Source of the DNA: Escherichia phage VTCCBPA_211
DNA length: 64,000 bases
Strand: one strand, 5' to 3'
Sequence record: PP989838.1
Shown piece after piece: positions 9,207 to 17,571 of this stretch. The notes beneath the pieces are model-generated. The model was not told the origin of the DNA. It made no database searches and saw only the letters and a program-made list of their open reading frames with translations. Numbering within the stretch: the first letter of the stretch is position 1; each line of letters begins with the position of its first letter. The translations under genes were made by a program, and so were the position numbers.

Positions 9207-9371
9207 ATGTTCAAGTGGTTTAAACGTCTATTCCATCTGCACGATTGGGTAATCCTTGAAAAGTATACACTAAAGATCACTGATGATTATGGCGATACGA
9301 AACATAAAGGTTTACGCTACATCATGCAGTGTAAAACGTGTGGTCATATCACCAAGCGAGATATGATCTAA
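9207..9371 (+). CDS. small CxxC protein (54 aa), speculative
   Basis: ATG 9207 3 nt after upstream stop; CKTCGH. Confidence 0.35.
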   Translation: MFKWFKRLFHLHDWVILEKYTLKITDDYGDTKHKGLRYIMQCKTCGHITKRDMI

Positions 9372-9379
9372 ATAATTCT

Positions 9380-9456
9380 GCGCCCTTAGTTCAATTGGAC
9401 AGAACATCGGATTTCTAATCCGTCGGTTACAGGTTCGAATCCTGTAGGGTGCGCCA
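9380..9456 (+). tRNA. tRNA-Arg (anticodon UCU)
   Basis: Hand-folded cloverleaf: acceptor GCGCCCT/AGGGTGC, D-arm GTTC..GAAC, anticodon loop TTTCTAA, T-arm ACAGG TTCGAAT CCTGT, 3' CCA encoded. Confidence 0.8.
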
Positions 9457-9475
9457 AATCGAATAGGAGGTAGCC

Positions 9476-9775
9476 ATGAGTTGGGGTGGTGTAATATCCT
9501 TAATCTGTATCTTCCTTGTCTGCATAGCCCTTACAGGCTGCGTACAGAGCCGTCCTGATGGATGGTGTGCAGTAGCAGTGGATGGTATTTGTGTATCTCG
9601 CTGGCATAAGGGTGAGAAGATTCCTTCTGGTGAGATTAATATGCGCTGGAACGGAGCAACCTGTTCTAATGCTAACCCTTCTATCAACGAAGAGAAGTCT
9701 ACACCGGATAATGTTGTTATTGATACAGCATTGTGGTGTGGTGGCTCTACGATTACAACCGGTAAGGAGTGGTGA
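9476..9775 (+). CDS. lipoprotein (lipobox LTGC), possibly superinfection-exclusion-like
   Basis: SD aggaggt; signal peptide plus lipobox ALTG|C; Cys-rich mature part. Confidence 0.55.
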   Translation: MSWGGVISLICIFLVCIALTGCVQSRPDGWCAVAVDGICVSRWHKGEKIPSGEINMRWNGATCSNANPSINEEKSTPDNVVIDTALWCGGSTITTGKEW

Positions 9776-9776
9776 T

Positions 9777-9974
9777 ATGAATTACACATCTACAAAGGTG
9801 TTAATTGATTCAATTAATAGCTCCTCAGAAGCTGTACAGGAGCGTTTAATACAAGATGTTAGCAATGACATTAAGTTCTTTGTTAAACGACGCCTGTTAG
9901 GTTCTAAGGCTTATTACAGAGCTAAAGCAGAGCTTACAAAGAGGGTGTTTCTCTTACACGGATTAGTGTATTAA
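9777..9974 (+). CDS. hypothetical small protein
   Basis: ATG 9777 just after upstream stop, SD ggagtgg. Confidence 0.45.
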   Translation: MNYTSTKVLIDSINSSSEAVQERLIQDVSNDIKFFVKRRLLGSKAYYRAKAELTKRVFLLHGLVY

Positions 9975-10268
9975 GAGCTTATCGTGAAGGATTCTTACGA
10001 GAGTCCTTTGAGATAGGACTTCAGATCTCCTATCAAACTAACATTCATGTAACTAGCCCATAAGGGCGTTACCCTTTAATAACCCAGCCCACTAAGGGGG
10101 CGGGAGTTTAGTGCTGGATTGGCTTTACGCTTATCCCTACAAAGGCAACCGATTGTTAGATCTTACATGCAATATTAACTAATAGGATAAGGGAGGATTC
10201 GTCCCCTCCCCCTATTTATTGAATCTTTATCTAAGCAAGTCTTATATAAATGTTTAATTGGAGGGTAT

Positions 10269-10580
10269 ATGAAACCTGAAAGAATTAGATGGACTCCTGA
10301 AGTTATAAAACAGCTAGAAGTCTTGGTTAATAATTATTCTTTAGAAACAGTTGCAGATATTATGGAAACAAACAAATCAGTTATTAGCAGAGCCTGCTCT
10401 AGTTTCCAGATAAAACGTAAACGTCAAAGAAAAGTCTGGTCTGAAGAAGAAGATCAGTTCCTTATCCGTAATGCTGGGTTCATGCCCATTCAGAGAATGG
10501 CTGACATGCTCGGTAGAAGTTATGCTGCTGTACAGAACAGGGCATGTATGCACCTTAACATTAGCCTAAAACTTAAATAG
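10269..10580 (+). CDS. putative DNA-binding (HTH/Myb-like) protein
   Basis: W..EE.. motif and basic KRKRQRK stretch. Confidence 0.45.
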   Translation: MKPERIRWTPEVIKQLEVLVNNYSLETVADIMETNKSVISRACSSFQIKRKRQRKVWSEEEDQFLIRNAGFMPIQRMADMLGRSYAAVQNRACMHLNISLKLK

Positions 10581-10588
10581 GAGTCAAG

Positions 10589-10819
10589 ATGAATTTTGAA
10601 CTAGTACCAAAAAGCAAAACACCCTCCAAGACTTTCTCTGACTTGGAGAATGGAGATGTTTTTCGTTTTATTGGTGACGATGTAGTCCCTAAATTCTGGA
10701 TAAAAACAGGGGAACATTCTGCAATGTGTGTTCGGAACCCTAAAGATATTTTCTTTCCGGTCCCTTTGTCCAATACTGTTGATCTGTTCGAATCTAAACT
10801 TATTATTCAGGGTAAATAG
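10589..10819 (+). CDS. small-protein paralog family A, member 4
   Basis: TFSDLENGDVFRF motif. Confidence 0.55.
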   Translation: MNFELVPKSKTPSKTFSDLENGDVFRFIGDDVVPKFWIKTGEHSAMCVRNPKDIFFPVPLSNTVDLFESKLIIQGK

Positions 10820-10820
10820 T

Positions 10821-11069
10821 ATGAAGATTACTCACAAGAAAGAAGAAGTGACTACGGTTGATCTCAACTCCCTTCCCAGCGGAGCAGTATTTAAATTCCC
10901 TGAGAGTGCTACTCTCTATGTTAAAGGGTCTGTGTCTGAAAGTCCTCATGTAACCGTTAACTCTGATCGAGCAATTACCCTTCGTTTATCCGATGGTAAC
11001 GTAACAGCACCTTCTATCTGGTGCCGAGTTGTTCCTGTGTCGGCAGAACTTTTGGTGGATAACACATAA
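10821..11069 (+). CDS. small-protein paralog family A, member 5
   Basis: ATG 10821 immediately after upstream stop; LNSLPSGAVFKF. Confidence 0.55.
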   Translation: MKITHKKEEVTTVDLNSLPSGAVFKFPESATLYVKGSVSESPHVTVNSDRAITLRLSDGNVTAPSIWCRVVPVSAELLVDNT

Positions 11070-11314
11070 TGAAAATCATCCCAAAGAAAAAGGATAATAC
11101 GGTACGATTGGAAACAATCATTCCTGGAAATCCTTTCGTGGTTCAGAACGGAAGTGCTTCTCCTCAATATTACATGAGGGTTGAAAATGCTTCTTGTAAC
11201 ATCCGTATAGCCAGTGGTTGGGTTCCTGTGGTAAACCTTTTCACAGGTGTACTATCTGTTAAAGGTCTTGACGATCAGGTAGAAATGATTCGTATGTCTG
11301 TGGTTCAGGAGTAA
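11069..11314 (+). CDS. small-protein paralog family A, member 6
   Basis: RLETIIPGNPFVVQ. Confidence 0.5.
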   Translation: MKIIPKKKDNTVRLETIIPGNPFVVQNGSASPQYYMRVENASCNIRIASGWVPVVNLFTGVLSVKGLDDQVEMIRMSVVQE

Positions 11315-11321
11315 CAAGTAG

Positions 11322-11570
11322 ATGAGCACCATTAGTATTAAAGTTAAGCATAAGAAAGAGAACATCCTCAGGGTTATGGATTTATTCAGAGCCGACGTCT
11401 TTACTTTAAAACAGTGTCCAACTTCCCATACCTACATGCTAACGAACCCGAGCAATGGTCTTAAGCCCGCTGGGGCGGTTAATCTGGGAACTGGAGAACT
11501 TCGGACAATTGCTGGTGATATGGTTGTTGATGAGAAGTTTAGTAAAGTCGAAATGATCTTAACTCCTTAG
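11322..11570 (+). CDS. small-protein paralog family A, member 7
   Basis: RVMDLFRADVFTL. Confidence 0.5.
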   Translation: MSTISIKVKHKKENILRVMDLFRADVFTLKQCPTSHTYMLTNPSNGLKPAGAVNLGTGELRTIAGDMVVDEKFSKVEMILTP

Positions 11571-11801
11571 GAAAACAAATGAGACTTAAAGCATATTCTT
11601 ATGACGATATGATTAACCAAAAAGGCTTCGGTCAACGACAGCCTGATGGTTCAATTATCTGGTTCGTAAACGGACAGAAAAAGGTAGCTAAATAAGCCCT
11701 CTTCTCTCCTCCTTTTAGTACTATGACGCCTCTCTGTGGGCGGCCCAATTTGCGTAGGGAATTCCCTCTACGCAGCCATGACTTTTTAAGGAATTTCCCC
11801 T

Positions 11802-12035
11802 ATGTCTAAAGTAAGCGCAATTGATGCAATCCGTCAACCATTCCAGTTCCAATCTAAATCAACCCAAACCTTCAGTGAGCCTAAGCAAATTCGCTTGGGC
11901 GGCACAGAAAAAACTGTGTTTGATCTGGCTAAAAATAAGAGCGTTACCGTAGTTGATGGTGGCACTCTGGTTAACGTTTCCCATCGAATCCGAACTGGCA
12001 AAACTGCCAAAGATCGTGCTAAGAAAGGCGAGTAA
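11802..12035 (+). CDS. hypothetical protein
   Basis: ORF followed by the conserved hairpin element. Confidence 0.5.
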   Translation: MSKVSAIDAIRQPFQFQSKSTQTFSEPKQIRLGGTEKTVFDLAKNKSVTVVDGGTLVNVSHRIRTGKTAKDRAKKGE

Positions 12036-12040
12036 CGCCT

Positions 12041-12150
12041 ATAGCCTTCTTCGGAGGGCTATGTGAGTTATTCTGACTCAACTAACCTAATCTTAATATA
12101 TTTCCCGTATGGGGCCGATGCTAGGGCGAGGAGTGTTCCTCAAACATCCG
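12041..12150 (+). promoter_or_regulatory. conserved intergenic element, copy 2
   Basis: atagccttcttcggagggctat hairpin then gctagggcgaggagtgttcctcaaacatccg. Confidence 0.4.
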
Positions 12151-12217
12151 TCGGATAGATATTTTAAGAGCAGGTTATCCACAGATATTGGGTAATATCT
12201 TTTTGTATTTAAAGCTT

Positions 12218-12246
12218 GACTCTTTTCGGAGAGTCCTTTTTTAAAT
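12218..12246 (+). terminator. intrinsic terminator
   Basis: gactct...agagtc hairpin followed by cttttttaaatt. Confidence 0.55.
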
Positions 12247-12261
12247 TCAACGAGAGGAAAT

Positions 12262-12414
12262 ATGTCTAAATTAGATTTAAAACTGCTAGCAGCAGCGGTA
12301 GTGATTTGTGCACTAGCACTGGTAACGCAGAGAACATCTGGATTTATTCAGTGTTTCTTTTCTGGGCAATCCACTTATCAGTGGGTTATTGACGAGTGTA
12401 AACAACAGGAGTAA
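12262..12414 (+). CDS. small membrane/secreted peptide (50 aa), speculative
   Basis: SD gagagga; hydrophobic LLAAAVVICALALV. Confidence 0.35.
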   Translation: MSKLDLKLLAAAVVICALALVTQRTSGFIQCFFSGQSTYQWVIDECKQQE

Positions 12415-12416
12415 GT

Positions 12417-12779
12417 ATGAATACACGTCCCATCAAGGGCAACGTTAATATTGAAACTCTGAACAAGGTTGCATCAAACCTCGGTGGAATGTCCAACGAT
12501 GAGCTTGAGCAAGAACTTGCTTGGATTGCAAATGGTATCAAAGTTGCTAAAGGTAAGATTGCTCGTGAGCAAAGCAACATGAAAGCTCACAAGTATATCA
12601 TCCGTCGTGCAAATGTGTTACCAGAGCGGGTTGTACATCTTGCCCGTAAAAACTACGCAGAAGCAAAGAAAGCTCTGGAAGAAGCTACTTTCCAGAAGCA
12701 CCAATTTATGAACAACTATCGAAACTTCCGAGATATTCTTTATATCCGTAAGTCGATTGAGTTGATTAAAAACCAATAG
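12417..12779 (+). CDS. hypothetical protein, first gene of the ligase operon
   Basis: ATG 2 nt after upstream stop. Confidence 0.55.
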   Translation: MNTRPIKGNVNIETLNKVASNLGGMSNDELEQELAWIANGIKVAKGKIAREQSNMKAHKYIIRRANVLPERVVHLARKNYAEAKKALEEATFQKHQFMNNYRNFRDILYIRKSIELIKNQ

Positions 12780-12790
12780 AGGTTGGTATA

Positions 12791-13984
12791 ATGTTTCCAG
12801 TAACATTAGAAGATACTGAAGGTAATGTTTTAACGGTTAGTCCTCCTTGTTATGGGTTCCTTCAGCTTCGCAACTATAATGGTGGCGTTGATGAAGACGA
12901 CGAATATGATGACTACTTCGACCCTAACATGTATGAGGCAACTCATGGATGGAACATGCACGTTCGAGTGTGGCATGAAGATGCTAACGTTCGTAGTGCT
13001 GATGGGGAAGAGTTCTTATTAAGTCGAGAGATGGATATGAGCAGTATTAAGCATATCTGGAACTCCGGAACTCACATGAAGATGTTAGGTTTTAGACGTT
13101 GGCGTGATGAAAAACCTGTATCCGCAGCTTTAGGTTGGGGTGCTATTGATTACGAAGGCGAGCTTAAAAACAACATCGAACGTTGGAACGACAAAAACCC
13201 TGAACACCGAACCACACCTCGTGCTGTACTGGAAGCTATGGAAGCATTTGTGGACAAAGATCGTCCCTCCTGTTTACGCTGGCACGATAAAGGTTTTATG
13301 GGGGTAGCAACTGAGAACATCCCTGCTGATCGTTGTCTGTTCTATTTGATGTTAGATCGAACCTTCTATTGTGAAGATGAAGAGAGTCAGGTTGAAACCT
13401 TCCTTCATAAATGGTTAGTTGAAGGCTGGACAATCCTTCAGGCTTACGTTTACTCACGAATGGTTAGTACCTACACTAACCTCTTGGGTGAAACGAAAGC
13501 TACTTTGGTTGGTAACGATTGGGATGCTTGTATCTTCCCAGCGTCGCTGTTTACAGTTGGCATGGCTAATAAATATGCTGAAGCATTTCAAGTGCCTTGG
13601 CGTCAACAGTCATATAGAGATGGGTGTGGTCATTTCCGTGATGAAGATTTTAAGTGGATTCATTATGAGAATGATGAAACAGCAGAATTACGAGTTAATA
13701 ACTCGATGTTCTTGCCGGTGATGCACCCCGACTTAGTAGAAAGTGAATCAGAAATCCTGAAATGTGACAACCTTCTGATTAACTTTGCTCGTCGGGTATC
13801 TAAAGATGAAAGAACAGCTGACAGATTAGTCTACGCTTATCGCGCTGAGACTAAAGATATGTTCAATATTTATAACATTATTCAGCGATTTAGTAGTGGA
13901 ACTCTGGACCAAAGTTCGGAGTATTCAGTGATTCCATCCTCTGAGTGGGATGGTATTATGAGCGGATTATTTTTAGGAAAATAA
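12791..13984 (+). CDS. operon protein of unknown function (397 aa)
   Basis: SD gaggttgg; no family recognised by eye. Confidence 0.7.
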   Translation: MFPVTLEDTEGNVLTVSPPCYGFLQLRNYNGGVDEDDEYDDYFDPNMYEATHGWNMHVRVWHEDANVRSADGEEFLLSREMDMSSIKHIWNSGTHMKMLGFRRWRDEKPVSAALGWGAIDYEGELKNNIERWNDKNPEHRTTPRAVLEAMEAFVDKDRPSCLRWHDKGFMGVATENIPADRCLFYLMLDRTFYCEDEESQVETFLHKWLVEGWTILQAYVYSRMVSTYTNLLGETKATLVGNDWDACIFPASLFTVGMANKYAEAFQVPWRQQSYRDGCGHFRDEDFKWIHYENDETAELRVNNSMFLPVMHPDLVESESEILKCDNLLINFARRVSKDERTADRLVYAYRAETKDMFNIYNIIQRFSSGTLDQSSEYSVIPSSEWDGIMSGLFLGK

Positions 13985-13994
13985 AAGGTTAGTT

Positions 13995-14966
13995 ATGTCA
14001 ATCTCCACAACGATCGTACCTCTGAATCTTCAACAAGATTTAGGGGAACAGAAGTTCTTAGGTCGTGGATGCTTCGGTATCCACAACTACATGCAAGCCC
14101 AGTGTGTAAATGACATTAATGGTGAAGTTATCATGGGAGAAGAGCATTATCGACGCTTCAACCGTGATATCAACTTGCAGCTGGAGATGTTGAATTACTG
14201 GACTCACTCTTTTTATAATCACCTTCCATCTGATATTGAAAAGAACTTGATTGAAACAGCAGACATTATGAACTCCATGTCTTGCTATCGTGACGTATTT
14301 ACGATCACTTCAGCGAATAGTGTTGCTGTCAACCTTCGTGAGCATCCAGCAGATCAGATCTTCACAGGACTTATGCTCTTTCGTAGTATTCTGGAAGGGC
14401 AATATCGTGGAATGGATTTCCTAGCAGAAGGAATTGAAGACAGGGAAGAGTGGCTGAAGCGTAAACGCATCGGAATCGCTCTAGTGTTAGCTGGGTTGGG
14501 TCGTGACTTCTTCGGTGGATGGTCTCAACGAGGAAGAGCCAATGGGAGTAGTGAAAGCACCTCTATTGTTATTAACAACAATATGTCAGCAGCAGCTTTC
14601 CTTCCTTTGGTTGTAGACTCTGATGAATACACGAAACAAGTATGGGTTCAAAACCCCTTCGGTGTTGGCGACAACGAGAATGGTTATGTTCGTAACCATA
14701 ACCAAGAAGCCTTACGAAGATTTGCTCGTGCTAAAGATCAAGACCCGGACGAGTATGAAACAATGTCAGAGTGGTTAAGACTCTGGTCCAACTGTCATGG
14801 TCACAAACGTGAAGCAATAGATAATAAGTTGGAAAACATTACAGTCCAAAACTTTACAGCCCGACTGATTCAACGTACTGGACCAAACTCTGGTCTTACT
14901 ACTGAAGAAGTTGGTAACACAATCTCATCTCTCTTTTCTGAACTAGTGGAGTATTACAATGACTAA
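13995..14966 (+). CDS. operon protein of unknown function (323 aa)
   Basis: SD aaaagg; no family recognised. Confidence 0.7.
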   Translation: MSISTTIVPLNLQQDLGEQKFLGRGCFGIHNYMQAQCVNDINGEVIMGEEHYRRFNRDINLQLEMLNYWTHSFYNHLPSDIEKNLIETADIMNSMSCYRDVFTITSANSVAVNLREHPADQIFTGLMLFRSILEGQYRGMDFLAEGIEDREEWLKRKRIGIALVLAGLGRDFFGGWSQRGRANGSSESTSIVINNNMSAAAFLPLVVDSDEYTKQVWVQNPFGVGDNENGYVRNHNQEALRRFARAKDQDPDEYETMSEWLRLWSNCHGHKREAIDNKLENITVQNFTARLIQRTGPNSGLTTEEVGNTISSLFSELVEYYND

Positions 14967-15765
14967 GCGCAAATTCCTTATTGGGAGCGATCCCGAGATG
15001 TTCGTTCGTACCAGCAATGGCATTATCACCTCTGTAGCTGGTCTGTTAGGTTGTTCTAAGGACGATAAGATCACTCTGGCTAAGGATGTACGTCTTCAAG
15101 AGGACAATGTACTGGCTGAGTTTGATATCGACCCACAGAGCGGTTTTGACGCGTTTAATGATAACATGCAACGTGGTATTGATCTTACCAATAATGTCCT
15201 GAACAAACTGGACATGGAAGCAGCTCCGGGTGTTAGCTCTCACATCTTCACTGAAGAAGAGATGAAGACTTTCAATGAATCAGCGTTCATCTTCGGGTGT
15301 ACTCCTGATTTCAACGCTTTCACTGGTCAGAAGAATCCATCCCCGACTTCTCAGAATAAGGGACTTCGTACTGCCGGTGGTCACGTACATCTTGGCGTGG
15401 TTGGTGCTTTGGATATCACTCTGCAAACTCAGATGATGCTTGGTGTGCTGTGTGACTACTTCCTGTCTCTCCCAGCAGTGATTATGGACAAAGATACTCG
15501 CCGTAAAGAACTCTATGGCAAAGCATCTGCAATCCGCTATAAAGACTACGGTATCGAATACCGTTCACTGTCTAACTTCTGGATTAGCGATCGTGAAAAC
15601 CGTAAGTTTGTTTACGATCAGGTTGACAAGGTTGTTCAGCAGTGTGATATGTCCACTCTGATGGCATTGCACTCTCGCCTTCCGATTGAGAAGCTTCATG
15701 AAATCATTAACGGGAACAATGTTAAAGAAGCTGACCAGCAGATCAAACTCCTTCAGGTAGCATAA
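14959..15765 (+). CDS. putative GS/GCS2-like amidoligase (carboxylate-amine ligase), paralog 1
   Basis: Motifs GSDPEMF, GGHVHLG, GIEYRS fit the E-x-E / H-V-H / E-x-R pattern of YbdK-like ligases (pattern level only). Confidence 0.5.
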   Translation: MTKRKFLIGSDPEMFVRTSNGIITSVAGLLGCSKDDKITLAKDVRLQEDNVLAEFDIDPQSGFDAFNDNMQRGIDLTNNVLNKLDMEAAPGVSSHIFTEEEMKTFNESAFIFGCTPDFNAFTGQKNPSPTSQNKGLRTAGGHVHLGVVGALDITLQTQMMLGVLCDYFLSLPAVIMDKDTRRKELYGKASAIRYKDYGIEYRSLSNFWISDRENRKFVYDQVDKVVQQCDMSTLMALHSRLPIEKLHEIINGNNVKEADQQIKLLQVA

Positions 15766-15774
15766 GAGGTTATC

Positions 15775-16392
15775 GTGAGCTTAGTATCTGATTTTTCTCA
15801 TTACTATAATGGTACATGGATTGCTAAACGAGCAGGTAATATCAACCTTCCGTGTTTTGTGATTGGTGTTGAGCAGAGCGGTAACTTCCGCAGCGATGAC
15901 TTCTCGCATGAAGCAGAGCAGGCTCTGTATTTTGTTGTAGAGCAGTGGTACAAGAACGAGCATGGGAATCTCCGAAACACTACAATGAATATTCCAGTGT
16001 TCGACCCAACCTTGATTCTTGAATCACCTGACGTTGGTTATCTGTTTCACAACGGTAATACTGTAAGCTGGACTCATATTAACCCTGTTCGTCAGAGAGC
16101 GAAGGGTTTGATGGGTAACAAGATTCGAAACGCTCCGGGGATTGGTCGTTCGATCTCTGGTGAAATGGTTTACAGTCTGTTCAATCCTGAATTCGAAGGA
16201 TTGGTTACTCGTTATATTTACATCAACCCTACGGATGGTAAGGTGCATTATAAAGGTGCACTGGTAGGACAAGTAGATCTGGAAGCGCCTCGTGACTCTT
16301 ACGGTCAGCAATCAATGCGACTTCTGGAACACTTTCATCATATTTCTGAAAACCTTAGCAATTACAATATTACGTTGGTGGATTCGTTATGA
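15775..16392 (+). CDS. operon protein of unknown function (205 aa)
   Basis: GTG start with SD aagaggt; ATGA overlap with next gene. Confidence 0.6.
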   Translation: MSLVSDFSHYYNGTWIAKRAGNINLPCFVIGVEQSGNFRSDDFSHEAEQALYFVVEQWYKNEHGNLRNTTMNIPVFDPTLILESPDVGYLFHNGNTVSWTHINPVRQRAKGLMGNKIRNAPGIGRSISGEMVYSLFNPEFEGLVTRYIYINPTDGKVHYKGALVGQVDLEAPRDSYGQQSMRLLEHFHHISENLSNYNITLVDSL

Positions 16393-17492
16393 CAACTGTA
16401 GCGCAAACTTTTGGATATCGAGAAGGTCGTTTAACTGAGGAGCATAGTTCAATTGCACTTCAGTGCGGTGTCGGTATTGAACTTGAACTCGAAGGTTCCG
16501 ATCATATCGAAGCAGATATGTGGGATTGTACAGAGGATGGTTCCCTGCGTAATGGTTGTGAAATGGTATGTTCACGACCTTACAATGGACAGGAGTTGTT
16601 AGACGCTATCAACAACCTGAGTGAAGCAGTAGCTGAATCGCACGCCGAGGGGACTTGGCGTTGCTCTACTCACGTTCATATGGATATGAGGGATGCTGAT
16701 AGTAATATCCTCAAGAAAACCATTCTCGCTTGGACCTTCTATGAAAAGATGTTGTTCAAGTGTTCAGGCTATCATCGTTACCGTAGCAACTTCTGCCCTG
16801 CTTTTGCAGTGGTACAAGCACAGGTAATGAATGCCTCTGATGCATTTAACTACGATGGTGAAGAGTTCTTCAACCGTCTGGTGCGTTCATGGGATAAGTA
16901 TACATCCCTGAACCTTCTGCCACTTGCCCAATACGGTTCGATTGAGTTCCGTATCAGTGAGCCTAAGTGGAAACGTGGTCAACTTCTCAATCTGGTTAAC
17001 CGCTTCTTGATGTTGAAGAAGCTGGCTTTAGATAACGCAGATATGAGCAATGATCAGTTTATTGAGCACTTAAATACTGTACGATTCGCCCCAATGCTTC
17101 CTTATCTTCCTCTAGATTACAATCTGGATGAATCTGATTTGCATTCAGGGTATTGTATGGCCCGTGATGTTTTGTATTGCCGTTCTCATGAAGTAGAACA
17201 GTCTGGTCGTATTCGTTTACGTAGAACTAACTCCAACGGAGATGTTCTTGTTGACTTACGTCTTATGTCAGACTTCTATGGATTCCTTGGGTATGTCCGA
17301 GGGAACGCTAACAACTTGTACCAAGAGATTTTGGTTATGCTTCGTACAGCAGACCTATCTCAAGTAAGACACGCTCCAGAGCAACGTATTCGTGCTATTT
17401 TTGACTTACTACGTGAGTCAGGTCATAGTGATAGCAATATCACAGGGTACATTCCAGATCATCTGGAAAATCAGTTAGAGCAAGCGCTGTAA
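16389..17492 (+). CDS. putative GS/GCS2-like amidoligase, paralog 2
   Basis: GVGIELELEG, STHVHMD, GSIEFRIS motifs resemble YbdK/GCS2 carboxylate-amine ligases. Confidence 0.6.
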   Translation: MTTVAQTFGYREGRLTEEHSSIALQCGVGIELELEGSDHIEADMWDCTEDGSLRNGCEMVCSRPYNGQELLDAINNLSEAVAESHAEGTWRCSTHVHMDMRDADSNILKKTILAWTFYEKMLFKCSGYHRYRSNFCPAFAVVQAQVMNASDAFNYDGEEFFNRLVRSWDKYTSLNLLPLAQYGSIEFRISEPKWKRGQLLNLVNRFLMLKKLALDNADMSNDQFIEHLNTVRFAPMLPYLPLDYNLDESDLHSGYCMARDVLYCRSHEVEQSGRIRLRRTNSNGDVLVDLRLMSDFYGFLGYVRGNANNLYQEILVMLRTADLSQVRHAPEQRIRAIFDLLRESGHSDSNITGYIPDHLENQLEQAL

Positions 17493-17538
17493 TCAATGGG
17501 TGCCTCTGACAAAGGGGCACAATTTAAAGGTTAATTAG

Positions 17539-17568
17539 ATGAAAGGGTTTACCCTTCAGGTGGATTAG
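17539..17568 (+). other. 9-codon leader mini-ORF ending 3 nt before the GATase initiator
   Basis: ATG AAA GGG TTT ACC CTT CAG GTG GAT TAG; its codons contain the SD-like AGGTGGA for the downstream AUU. Confidence 0.3.
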
Positions 17569-17571
17569 AAA

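Noticed and set aside
9582-9974. Long version of track ORF (130 aa)
   Set aside because: It overlaps the lipoprotein gene; the gene most likely starts at ATG 9777 directly after the upstream stop.
10728-10820. N-terminal extension of track ORF 10728-11069
   Set aside because: Overlaps the upstream paralog; ATG 10821 directly follows the upstream stop and gives a protein matching its paralogs.
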